Notes under the pieces: model-generated
What the model was told of the DNA's origin: nothing
What the model saw: only the letters and a program-made list of their open reading frames with translations
Database searches by the model: none
Part shown: positions 1 to 8,696 of the stretch, piece by piece
Position numbering within the stretch: the stretch's first letter is position 1
How the letters are laid out: each line of letters starts with the position of its first letter
Assembly: GCA_000995135.1 (NCBI GenBank)
Contig: LBWY01000001.1
Span: 501 to 64,500, forward strand
Source: Parcubacteria group bacterium GW2011_GWE2_39_37
GTDB taxonomy: Bacteria; Patescibacteriota; Patescibacteriia; Patescibacteriales; GWE2-39-37
Reading direction: 5' to 3'
Length of the DNA stretch: 64,000 nucleotides
Translations under genes and position numbers: made by a program

Positions 1-43
1 TGACCTACCTGCAATAGAACCTCCTCATAAAATAGAGAGGTCT

Positions 44-283
44 ATGACAGAAGCAAAAGAAAATTTTTACGAGCTTGCAAAATCAAGAACCAGCTTTTTA
101 GATCATAAACAATTTAAAGCTTGGGTGGAAAAAAATATGGGCGTTCTGGGTATTTATCTTCGCCAAGATGAGGATGCTGCATTTTTTAAAATTAGTACAG
201 GAACAGCTAAAAATGAAACTACTGATATAGAAAAATTTATTTGTGAGCTTGAAATTGTTATTGATAAAGAAAAGTTTTTTTAG
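44..283 (+). CDS. hypothetical protein, possibly the 5' part of a gene interrupted at a T7 run
   Basis: ORF with GAGAGG 3 nt upstream of the ATG. It stops at 281-283, right after T275-T281. The -1 frame is open from 268 into ORF 409..954. Confidence 0.4.
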   Translation: MTEAKENFYELAKSRTSFLDHKQFKAWVEKNMGVLGIYLRQDEDAAFFKISTGTAKNETTDIEKFICELEIVIDKEKFF

Positions 284-408
284 ATGGTGAAGATTACTCT
301 GATATAATTCCTTTCATCACGGAACATGAAATTTATGAAGCATGGCTCCATGCGAAACGCGGCACTCTTCAAACAAAACAAGCCAAAGAAGCAAAACACA
401 CATTATCA

Positions 409-954
409 TTGATGAGAGAATTTGTTATGGCAGAAGAAAAAGGATTGGGCGAAAAACTTTTGAACTGGAGAAAAAAAATTGACCCGCACTCAGAAGAAGT
501 TTACAAAAATATGTCTGAATATGCAAAAAATAAAATTAAAGGCGGAAAAAAGCCTACGCAGATAGATAAAGACATTGATAACATGTTTAAACAATCAGAG
601 ACATATAAAACTGAATATGTTGAATACATTTATCTTGCAAATATTATTGAGGGCGAAATAGGCAGGCATTTATTTGAGCTTTTTAAAAACAAAGATAAAA
701 AAGAATATTTTGCATTTGAAAATGAAGCTAACCAAATTCACGATGAATTTTATAAGTTAACGGAGGAACACAAGGGACAAGTTATTTCTGAAGCAGACCT
801 AGCTGAAGTTCAGAAAAAATTAACTGCATTCGCAATTAAGCACAATATTAATCCCGAATTACTTTCTTTAAGAAAAGCTCTTTATCATTTTTATAACATC
901 TTTAATTGCAACAGCACTAAGCTCAATGTCGGGCGGTGGAGCTTCGGTTATTAA
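409..954 (+). CDS. hypothetical protein, possibly the 3' part of the same interrupted gene
   Basis: 181-aa ORF whose first listed codon is TTG. Its frame is open upstream to 268 with no ATG/GTG/TTG before 409. I recognise no family. Confidence 0.4.
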   Translation: MMREFVMAEEKGLGEKLLNWRKKIDPHSEEVYKNMSEYAKNKIKGGKKPTQIDKDIDNMFKQSETYKTEYVEYIYLANIIEGEIGRHLFELFKNKDKKEYFAFENEANQIHDEFYKLTEEHKGQVISEADLAEVQKKLTAFAIKHNINPELLSLRKALYHFYNIFNCNSTKLNVGRWSFGY

Positions 955-1510
955 CATTCCAGTGTTATTATCGCTTGGCATACCATTCCCAATGGCTACA
1001 GCCGCTCAAAAAGTGAGTTCGTCTTTTTGGGTTCTACCCGCTTCATATAACTACCTTAAAGATCGAAAAGTTGATTGGCGATTTTTGTTGTTATTCAGCA
1101 CTATTGGTCTAATTGGTGTTTATGCTGGCGTTGCGGTGATAATGCATACCAACCAAAGATTATTGCAAATTACTGTTGGAATTTTAATTCTTTTGCTAGT
1201 TGCTTATACCTATTTTAAAAAAGACGTTGGGCTTGCTGAGCAAAAAGTTTATTCTAAGCTAAGAAGATCAATCGCTTATGTCTTCGCGCTTATCCTTGGA
1301 TTCTATGAAAGCTTTTTTGGTTCCGGTAATGGCATCATGTTTTCAATCGTTACATTAAAAACGAGAGGTTTTGATTTCGTTGATGCGCTTGGTTATTATT
1401 TTTCAGTTGCTTTCCCTTGGTGCGTCTTTGCCGCTGGCTTATTAATCTACAAAGGCAACTTTAGTTGGGCCATAATGACACCAATAGTTTTAGGTTCTTT
1501 AATAGATTAA
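926..1510 (+). CDS. TSUP / TauE-SafE family anion exporter, probably degraded
   Basis: Multi-TM protein with SGGGASVINIPVLL and GSGNG motifs typical of DUF81/TSUP. TM1 (FIIFITSLIATALSS) lies upstream of the first ATG in a frame with no canonical start. The C-terminal helix is cut off at GSLID*. Confidence 0.6.
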   Translation: MSGGGASVINIPVLLSLGIPFPMATAAQKVSSSFWVLPASYNYLKDRKVDWRFLLLFSTIGLIGVYAGVAVIMHTNQRLLQITVGILILLLVAYTYFKKDVGLAEQKVYSKLRRSIAYVFALILGFYESFFGSGNGIMFSIVTLKTRGFDFVDALGYYFSVAFPWCVFAAGLLIYKGNFSWAIMTPIVLGSLID

Positions 1511-1577
1511 TGTTTGTTATTATTGGTAGTATTTTAGGAATCAAACTGTTGGTTGGGATGTAGCATAAAGCGTAAAA

Positions 1578-1599
1578 AATCTGTTAAGATTAACAGATT
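1578..1599. terminator. bidirectional hairpin terminator
   Basis: AATCTGTTAA-GAT-TTAACAGATT perfect hairpin. An A-run precedes it on the + strand, so a T6 run follows it on the - strand. Confidence 0.5.
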
Positions 1600-1658
1600 G
1601 AGGGGGGGGGTAGAAGGGGTTCGACTTCAAAATCGAACCCCTTCTAAGTTATATTTGC

Positions 1659-1695
1659 GGCTGCCTACTGATCACCAAGTCAATTGAATTGTTGG
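1659..1695. repeat. partial copy (R0) of the repeated element
   Basis: GGCTGCCTACTGATCACCAAGTCAATTGAA resembles GGCTGCCTCCTGAACCACAAATCATTGAA in R1. Confidence 0.4.
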
Positions 1696-1840
1696 CTAAG
1701 ATCAATACCTTGGTAATGATCATGATCAATAGATCAGCAACTTCTGGGAGGGCCAAACGCAGATATTTTTCTTTTAATTTCCTTAAAAGAAAGAAAGGGG
1801 TGCGCGGGTCGACCACTCCCGGGACTTAAGTGTTTTCACA

Positions 1841-1925
1841 CTTCCCTTCCAGTGATCAATGGCTGCCTCCTGAACCACAAATCATTGAAAGGTTTTGGCG
1901 GCTCGACAATTGTTAATGAAACATT
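1841..1925. repeat. about 80-nt repeated element, copy R1
   Basis: Direct repeat of 2221-2303. They share identical blocks CCTTCCAGTGATCAATGGCT and CCACAAATCATTGAAA. It forms a 12-bp hairpin. Confidence 0.6.
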
Positions 1926-2079
1926 AAACAATAACACAAAACACTATGGCTGTCAATAGATGACTGGAATAGTGTTAGCCTTTTAGAACTTTCCTTGTTG
2001 CACATTTCTCTTTTTAAAGAAAGTCAATATTTAAACATAAAATAAAAAATGTTATAATGATTGTACTAATATTAGAAAT

Positions 2080-2199
2080 ATGAATATAGAAAATCAACCA
2101 GAAACATTCACTCCTTGGGACGAGTTTAATCCTTTGGAGTATGCTGAACAAAATTACGGTCAAATGTTGCCTGAAGATGAAAATTTAAAATATCGTTAG
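2080..2199 (+). pseudogene. N-terminal remnant (39 aa) of an NNMT/PNMT/TEMT-like methyltransferase
   Basis: MNIENQPETFTPWDEFNPLEYAEQNYGQMLPEDENLKYR*. The FNPxxYxxxNY motif matches the N-terminus of that family (compare FNPRDYLEKYY). An extended -10 TGTTATAAT lies at 2050-2058. The ORF stops after 39 codons. Confidence 0.35.
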
Positions 2200-2220
2200 A
2201 ACTAAATTAAAGATTTTTCT

Positions 2221-2303
2221 TTTCCTTCCTTCCAGTGATCAATGGCTACCGTGTACCACAAATCATTGAAAAGCTTTGGCGATTCGACTATTATTAATAA
2301 AAC
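2221..2303. repeat. about 80-nt repeated element, copy R2
   Basis: Roughly four fifths identical by eye to 1841-1925, in the same orientation. Confidence 0.6.
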
Positions 2304-2352
2304 AGGTTGTAAAATATAAACTAAACTTTAACTACATATAATTAAATTTTTT

Positions 2353-3351
2353 ATGAAAAAAATACTTTATTTAACATTCGTAATTTTTAGTTTTAGCATT
2401 TACATCAATATGGCACTGGCCACCGAAACCAATGATAGCTGCTATAAAAAAATAGCAGATACTTGGTTCTATATAGATGAAGCGCTATCCAATATTGACG
2501 CTGCTAGTTTTCAAACAATAAATAGCTGCTACGCTAAAGACAAAAATCATGTTTATTACGAAAAAGATATTATAATTAATGCAGACACATTATCATTTCA
2601 GCCAATAAATATTTTTTATTCAAAAGACAAGAATCATGTTTTTTTTAAGAAACAAATAATTACTAACGCTAATCCATTTTCATTCAAACCATTAAACACT
2701 CATTACAGCATTGATAATAACAGTTGCTATTACTATGACTATTATTCTAACAAGGCTTACTTAATTGAGGGTTGCGATCCCAAAACGCTAAAACCGTTAA
2801 ATACTCCTTATGCGAAAGACAACAAAAAAGCCTACTATTTAGGTAAGTATCTTGAAGTTAAAGACGTGGATACTTTTAGATTGAACAAAACTGGCGAGAC
2901 ATATGCCGAGGACAAGTATAATTATTATATTGCTGGTGAAAGAAAAGAAAGCAAAAAATCGATGCATGAAAGAGTAAAAGGGAAAATTGTTATAAAAAAA
3001 GAAGATAACGGAAAAGCTTATTATGTAAGCCCAACAAAAAAAGCAATATTTTATCTTGGCAGACCAGCCGACGCCTTTGAGGTAATGCGCCAGCAAGGGA
3101 TTGGAATATCCAATGAAGACTTGCAAAAAATACCAAACGGCTCAAGCAAATTAAATGACAAAGATATTAATATGAAATTTGCTGAAAAGCAAAAGGGTAA
3201 AATATTTATACAAACACAAAGCCGAGGTGAGGCTTGGTATATAAATCCATCAGATGCAAAAAGATATTATTTAGGCAGACCAGCTGATGCGTTTAAAGTA
3301 ATGCGTAATTTAGGATTAGGCATATCCAATAATGATTTTTTAGACTTGTAA
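2353..3351 (+). CDS. secreted DKNYY-repeat protein with two C-terminal about 50-aa GRPADAF...GxGISN modules
   Basis: Signal peptide. Repeated DKNHVYY / DKNHVFF / DNNSCYY / DNKKAYY motifs (DKNYY family). Tandem KGKIxI...AWYxxP...YYLGRPADAFxVMRxxGxGISNxD modules. Confidence 0.7.
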   Translation: MKKILYLTFVIFSFSIYINMALATETNDSCYKKIADTWFYIDEALSNIDAASFQTINSCYAKDKNHVYYEKDIIINADTLSFQPINIFYSKDKNHVFFKKQIITNANPFSFKPLNTHYSIDNNSCYYYDYYSNKAYLIEGCDPKTLKPLNTPYAKDNKKAYYLGKYLEVKDVDTFRLNKTGETYAEDKYNYYIAGERKESKKSMHERVKGKIVIKKEDNGKAYYVSPTKKAIFYLGRPADAFEVMRQQGIGISNEDLQKIPNGSSKLNDKDINMKFAEKQKGKIFIQTQSRGEAWYINPSDAKRYYLGRPADAFKVMRNLGLGISNNDFLDL

Positions 3352-3459
3352 AAATATTTTTACCCATTTATAGTCTTAACATCCACCAAAAAAAAGTTAA
3401 ATAACACCTCAGATAACGTCAAAAGGTTTTTCAAATAAGGACAAAATCATTCACTACTA

Positions 3460-3493
3460 AAACACCTATAACTTTATAAGGTTATAGGTGTTT
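3460..3493. terminator. bidirectional terminator between convergent genes
   Basis: ACACCTATAAC...GTTATAGGTGT hairpin flanked by A and T runs. Confidence 0.6.
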
Positions 3494-3519
3494 ATTATTA
3501 AAGTGTTTGAAAGAAGTTT

Positions 3520-4890
3520 CTACCTATCCCCAATCTCATACCAATTGATCTTTCTGGAGATGAACATTACGATTGCCAGGATAATGAATAGTCCGATGCT
3601 GCCGACCAATAGAGAATAATCTTGGAGTTGGAGGATGGCATAGATGAAGCCATAAACTATGATCATGATTCCTGCCTGCAAAAGCGACATGCGCGAGCTT
3701 TTAAAGATATGCCTGGAGTAGAGCGTAACCATCAAGATAGTTGCCAAGCTGGATATAAGATAGGCGAAATTGAAATTCAGATGTTCGCTTAATGACAGAA
3801 GTAGTGAGAAAAATAGAACTAAAGACAAACCGACTAGCAGATACTGCATCGGATGGATGCGATTCTTATTCATTACTTCAGAAAAGAAGAAAATCAAAAA
3901 GGTTAATGCGATAAAAAGAATAGCATATTTGATGGAACGAGAATTTTTTTGATATTCATCCACTGGAATCAAGAGATTGACGCCAAACGCAGAAGCCAGC
4001 ATATCTTGATTGCTATTGCCTATCCAGCTTTGCGGGAAATTCCTGTTAAGCTGTAATACTTTCCATTTGGCCAGGAATCCATCCTTACCGACTTCCCGTT
4101 CATCAGGCAAAAAGGCACCGCCAAAATTCGGATCCTTCCAAGATGATGTAAGCTCTAGGGTTGTTTCGCCGCCAAGAGGAACGAAATCCAGACCTTCGCT
4201 ACCATTCAAATTCAAATCAAAGGAATATTGGATCGGTTTGGTGTTGGCAAGGTCCAATGCCACTTTCACATTAACACCGGAATTCAATCCTACTGCAGCG
4301 GTCCGACTTTTTTCAATCATTCCTTTTTCAAAAACACTAGAATCAAATCCTCCTAAAACCATCTCGCTTCCCAATCCAGGCTTGGCATTCATCTCATTGC
4401 CATTCCACTTAATTTTTATATTTTCTTTAATACCACGCATATCAGGAATTCCAACAGAGACTAAGGCATCATTCCACAAAACCACATCTGAAGCGATATT
4501 AAGATCTTTTAAATTCGGCTGACTGAAAGCTCCTTGAAACTTCAGATTGGAATTATAGACTGCCGCCTGGTAGATTCCTCTTTGTCTCATCTCGGGAGCG
4601 ATAGCGCCGTTGATAGACAAGCTATCCGGCAGAAAGTGAGCGTACTCCAATTGCTCAACAGCTTTACCGTCCTTATCCACCATCTTTTTATAAGGCAAGG
4701 TCAAAATCGGTCCGGCAATAGTCTGTTTACTGCCCCATTTAGCATCGATTTCATTTGTCGCCTCATCCCTTCTTTGTTCTCTTTCATCAATTAATTCGCT
4801 AATCATAGCGGTTGGAATAAGCAACAACAAGGATAAAAACCCGATGGAGAGAACCTTAAAAATGATAAAATTTTTGTGTTTTTCAAACAT
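3520..4890 (-). CDS. creD: cell envelope integrity protein CreD
   Basis: The N-terminal TM plus IxEReqrR...GPIL(T/A)xPY layout and the C-terminal multi-TM block match CreD. Confidence 0.8.
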   Translation of the reverse strand: MFEKHKNFIIFKVLSIGFLSLLLLIPTAMISELIDEREQRRDEATNEIDAKWGSKQTIAGPILTLPYKKMVDKDGKAVEQLEYAHFLPDSLSINGAIAPEMRQRGIYQAAVYNSNLKFQGAFSQPNLKDLNIASDVVLWNDALVSVGIPDMRGIKENIKIKWNGNEMNAKPGLGSEMVLGGFDSSVFEKGMIEKSRTAAVGLNSGVNVKVALDLANTKPIQYSFDLNLNGSEGLDFVPLGGETTLELTSSWKDPNFGGAFLPDEREVGKDGFLAKWKVLQLNRNFPQSWIGNSNQDMLASAFGVNLLIPVDEYQKNSRSIKYAILFIALTFLIFFFSEVMNKNRIHPMQYLLVGLSLVLFFSLLLSLSEHLNFNFAYLISSLATILMVTLYSRHIFKSSRMSLLQAGIMIIVYGFIYAILQLQDYSLLVGSIGLFIILAIVMFISRKINWYEIGDR

Positions 4891-4944
4891 ATAGTTTCAT
4901 TAATAATAATCTTATTTAATTAAGATGTTTTGCTGTAGAACCTT

Positions 4945-5292
4945 TTATATTTTTTTAACAAGTTCTGATTTCAAATACATCGCTCCAATTCCATCGACTT
5001 TACAAGAAATGTTATGGCCATTGTGGCTTTCAATCAATGATATGTTTTTAACCTTTGTTCCAGCTTTGATTCCCGATGAAGAGCCTTTTACTTTCAAGTC
5101 TTTTATTACCGCCACAGAATCTCCATTCTGAAGAATATTTCCATTAGCATCAAGAATCACCGCTTGTGATTCGTCATTTTCTACCATCTCAGACGGATCC
5201 CACTCATGAAAACATTCAGCGCAAATCCATAAATTCATATCTTGATAGGTATTTATGGAATTGCATTTAGGGCACTTGTATTCGTTACTCAT
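4945..5292 (-). CDS. yjdM: zinc-ribbon PhnA/YjdM family protein
   Basis: CPKCNS...CAECFHEW zinc ribbon plus [25 protein letters not shown]...KSELVKK. Near-colinear with E. coli YjdM as I recall it. Confidence 0.9.
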   Translation of the reverse strand: MSNEYKCPKCNSINTYQDMNLWICAECFHEWDPSEMVENDESQAVILDANGNILQNGDSVAVIKDLKVKGSSSGIKAGTKVKNISLIESHNGHNISCKVDGIGAMYLKSELVKKI

Positions 5293-5457
5293 ATTAGTAT
5301 TTATTACTTCAATTACTATATATTTCTATCCTACCACTTTAAGGCAAATTAGCAATACTGCTGGGAAACCGATTTTATTTTTGATTAAGGCAATCCATGC
5401 TTTAATAACTTGCTAATAAATATGTTTTAAATTAACCATTATTAAAATACTGAAAGC

Positions 5458-6582
5458 ATGAAAAACATAACCAAAGATTTCGCAAGTAATCTTCTGAAAG
5501 CAGCGGATATTAAAATCAATGGCAGCCGGCCATGGGATGTAAAAATCTATCAAGACAAACTTTATAACCGCATCTTGCGCCAAGGTTCGATCGGCTTGGG
5601 AGAATCCTATGTGGACGGTTGGTGGGAAGCTGAACGGCTAGATGAATTTTTTCATCGAGCCCTTCGTGCTAAATTAGATCGGGCAGTTAAAATCAAAAGA
5701 GACTGGAAAGCTTTGCTCTTTATTGTAGGACAGGTCTTGATTAATCACCAAACTAAAAGCGGTTCCCAAATTGTCGGAGAGCAACACTATGATCTGGGCA
5801 ATGATCTTTTTGAAGCCATGCTAGACAAAAGAATGGTCTACACTTGTGGCTATTGGAAAAACGCTGACAATCTAGATCAAGCCCAAGAGGATAAATTGGA
5901 TTTAGTCTGTAAAAAATTACAGCTGAAGCCTGGGCAAAGCATTCTTGATATCGGCTGCGGCTGGGGCAGTTTTGCTAAATTTGCTGCTGAACGCTATGGC
6001 GCTAGTGTCACTGGCATAACTATATCAAAAGAACAGGTGACTCTCGGCAATAAACTATGCGCCGGTTTGCCAGTAAAAATAATCAATCAAGATTATCGAG
6101 AAATCCAGGGTAGATTTGACCACATCGTTTCCCTGGGCATGTTTGAGCATGTGGGCTACAAAAACTATCGCACCTACATGAAGATGGTTCACAAACATTT
6201 GAAAGACGACGGACTATTTTTACTACATACCATCGGCAGTCTTAAAACCGTAAAAATAAATGAGGCCTGGATAGATAAATATATTTTTCCAAATGCAATG
6301 CTGCCCTCGATTGCACAGATAGGCAAATCGCTTGAAGGACTTTTTGTAATGGAGGATTGGCACAACTTCGGAGCAGACTACGACAAGACTCTGATGGCCT
6401 GGTTGGAAAATTTTGAAAAAGCTTGGCCTCAACTTGAACCGATTTATGGCCAACGCTTTTACCGGATGTGGAAATTTTTCCTTGCTGCCTGCGCAGGCGG
6501 CTTCAGGGCAAGAAAAATGCAGCTCTGGCAGATCATCCTTTCAAAAAATGGAGTTGCCAACGGCTACACATCGTTCCGCTAA
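5458..6582 (+). CDS. cfa: cyclopropane-fatty-acyl-phospholipid synthase
   Basis: GESYVDGWW, HYDLGNDLF, ILDIGCGWG and GMFEHVG motifs, and about 374 aa. Confidence 0.9.
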   Translation: MKNITKDFASNLLKAADIKINGSRPWDVKIYQDKLYNRILRQGSIGLGESYVDGWWEAERLDEFFHRALRAKLDRAVKIKRDWKALLFIVGQVLINHQTKSGSQIVGEQHYDLGNDLFEAMLDKRMVYTCGYWKNADNLDQAQEDKLDLVCKKLQLKPGQSILDIGCGWGSFAKFAAERYGASVTGITISKEQVTLGNKLCAGLPVKIINQDYREIQGRFDHIVSLGMFEHVGYKNYRTYMKMVHKHLKDDGLFLLHTIGSLKTVKINEAWIDKYIFPNAMLPSIAQIGKSLEGLFVMEDWHNFGADYDKTLMAWLENFEKAWPQLEPIYGQRFYRMWKFFLAACAGGFRARKMQLWQIILSKNGVANGYTSFR

Positions 6583-6699
6583 TATTTTTAAATAAACTTT
6601 TATTTCTTGTTACTATCCTCTCTTGCTCCCATAACCACAGCACCGATAACCCCTCCAACAAGAATCAAAATAATAATAAGCATCATATATATTCTTAAA

Positions 6700-7752
6700 T
6701 TATTTTTCTGCCAAATATAATTTCAACCTCTTCAGTCCTTCTTGGATTTTTTCTACATCAAGCGCATAGCTGAAGCGCACACGGTCCGGCTCACCGAACC
6801 AAGCACCATCATATGCGATCAGTTGATATTTATAATATAGCTCATTGATAGCCTTGTTAGCATTTTCTATCTTAGGAAAAACATAAAATGCTCCCTCCGG
6901 CTGCCACAGATCCAACCCCATCTCTTTCATGCCATTATAAATCATATCTCGACGCTCACTCCAGATCTGCAAATGATGATCGATATAATCTCGTGGGCTC
7001 TTAAGCGCGGCCAAAGCCATCTCCTGAGCCAGAACATTGGTATTCATGGAAGCATGGGTCTTGATCTCTACAATCTTATCTACAAGCTGCTGATCGTATG
7101 AATGAAGATAACCCACCCGATAACCGCACATGCCATAGGTCTTGGAAAAAGAATCAATCGAGATAACTTTTTTTCCAGCCAGTTGATAAAATTCTCCCAC
7201 GTAAACTAGTTCGCGGTAGACATTGTCGGCAATCACATAAATATCAAGCTCCTCGGCCATTTTTTCAATCTCTTTTAAAACTTCTCGGTCTTGCAAAGTA
7301 CCGGTTGGATTAGAAGGAGAATTGATTAAAATCGCTCGAGCATCCGGTAGTTTTTTCTTCAACTCTTCCAGAACAATTTTTCCATCTATCAGTTCGTAAT
7401 AATCAATCTCCAGATGAGCAAATTGGACATTATAAGGATAGGAATAATAATATGGCTTAGGTAATAAAATTTTCCCGCCCGGAACATATAATGCTCTCAA
7501 TACTAAATCCAACGCCTCCGAAGCGCCATTAGTGATCACAAATTGTCCTGGCTGAGATTTTTCATAAACCGGCGTCAGCGCTTCACGCAATTCTTGCAAT
7601 CCGCAAACCTGCCCATATTTAAAACTACGATAATTATCAAGCACGGCAAAAGCCTCTGCCGGCGGTGCTAAATCCGGCTGGCCGGAGCCGAAAGAAATCA
7701 GCTCACCTCCGCCCTTACCGATAAAAAATGATGGACTATTGATATTTTGCAT
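6700..7752 (-). CDS. class I/II pyridoxal-phosphate-dependent aminotransferase
   Basis: NPSNPTG and SFSKTYGMCGYRVGY (PLP lysine) motifs. Confidence 0.8.
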   Translation of the reverse strand: MQNINSPSFFIGKGGGELISFGSGQPDLAPPAEAFAVLDNYRSFKYGQVCGLQELREALTPVYEKSQPGQFVITNGASEALDLVLRALYVPGGKILLPKPYYYSYPYNVQFAHLEIDYYELIDGKIVLEELKKKLPDARAILINSPSNPTGTLQDREVLKEIEKMAEELDIYVIADNVYRELVYVGEFYQLAGKKVISIDSFSKTYGMCGYRVGYLHSYDQQLVDKIVEIKTHASMNTNVLAQEMALAALKSPRDYIDHHLQIWSERRDMIYNGMKEMGLDLWQPEGAFYVFPKIENANKAINELYYKYQLIAYDGAWFGEPDRVRFSYALDVEKIQEGLKRLKLYLAEK

Positions 7753-7826
7753 ATTAGATACTAATTTTTTTAATACTTTAAGTATCTAATAATTTTTGTT
7801 AAAAAGCAATTCGAGACTTTTATCTA

Positions 7827-8384
7827 TCAGATCCTTAAGCTTTTTGTCCAGACGACCAAAGACTCAATCAATTCTTTGATTTTCCGCTTAGTTTTTTCAT
7901 CAGTCAAATTACCCTCGGCATCAAATTTTTCTTCTGCCAAGCCGACCATCACCTCGGGTCGGTTGATCGGCTTCATGTCTAGAAATACCGACATCTGTCG
8001 CAGATGATACTGCATTCTTGTCGTGCCTAACATACCGATTGATGCGCCCATGATTGCTACCGGCTTGCCCTCAAAACTATTGTCGCCATATGGCCGGGAA
8101 GCGCAATCGATCGCATTTTTCAAAACTCCAGAAACAGAATAATTATATTCGGGGCTAACAAATAAGACAGCGTCGGCTGCCTTTATTTTATTTTTTAAAA
8201 TCAAAACCGCCTGATTGCCATTATTTTCCAAATCCTGATTGTAAAGTGGAATCTGGCTGATATCCAAAATTTCTATCTCCACTTTTTCCGGAGCAAGCTT
8301 CACCGCCTCTCTCAAAAGCGCGGAGTTAAAAGATCTTTTTCGCAAGCTGCCAGAGATACCGACTATTTTAATCCTGTTGTTCAT
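7827..8384 (-). CDS. NADPH-dependent FMN reductase family oxidoreductase
   Basis: KIVGISGSLRKRSFN...SPEYNYSVSGVLKNAIDxxS pattern. Confidence 0.8.
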   Translation of the reverse strand: MNNRIKIVGISGSLRKRSFNSALLREAVKLAPEKVEIEILDISQIPLYNQDLENNGNQAVLILKNKIKAADAVLFVSPEYNYSVSGVLKNAIDCASRPYGDNSFEGKPVAIMGASIGMLGTTRMQYHLRQMSVFLDMKPINRPEVMVGLAEEKFDAEGNLTDEKTKRKIKELIESLVVWTKSLRI

Positions 8385-8696
8385 AAAGCTTAAATTATAA
8401 CTGCAGAATTAATACTTGGTTAAGTTTTTATGACCGATATCTTCGAGGGATTAACAACCCCTTTTTTTATTGCTTAATTGTTTCTTAACTCCTATTGATT
8501 AGATTAAAAATAAATTAACATTAGTCAAAATAGTTATTATTTCAATAACCAATAATGTTATTATTCTCTCTCCAGGAAATTCTGCAAAGAGAGCAGGCGC
8601 AAAGCCTGTATGAAAAGCAAAAGCTTTTCGGGTGGACCTTTAAAACCTAAAACAGTTTTGACTATTGCTAATAAAAAAATTTCAAAAGGAGCTGCC

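Larger units (their letters stand above)
1570..1925 (-). ncRNA. candidate structured non-coding transcript of unknown class
   Basis: Weak minus-strand promoter (TTGACA-17-TATTGT, plus coordinates 1928-1956). The transcript would end at the 1578-1599 hairpin plus U6. It contains the repeated hairpin element and GC-rich stems (1612-1645). There is no credible ORF. Confidence 0.25.

Noticed and set aside
1570-1925. Identification of the minus-strand RNA as RNase P RNA, SRP RNA or tmRNA
   Set aside because: - AAGUCCCGGGAG resembles the RNase P GAAAGUCCGGGC box, but I found no complementary P4 strand or other conserved regions.
- UCAGGAGGCAGCC resembles the SRP ..GGAAGCAGCC motif but lacks the GNAR-capped helix 8.
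- There is no tRNA-like 3' end for tmRNA.
I therefore left it as an unknown class.
3770-4794. Three plus-strand ORFs (3770..3952, 4010..4522, 4534..4794) inside creD
   Set aside because: They are antisense shadows of a well-supported CreD gene. Their composition is low-complexity S/P/F-rich and they have no SD.
8610-8696. Upstream start for LysM paralogue 1
   Set aside because: The internal ATG at 8697 has an AAAGGAG SD and yields a proper signal peptide. The upstream 29 codons look non-coding.
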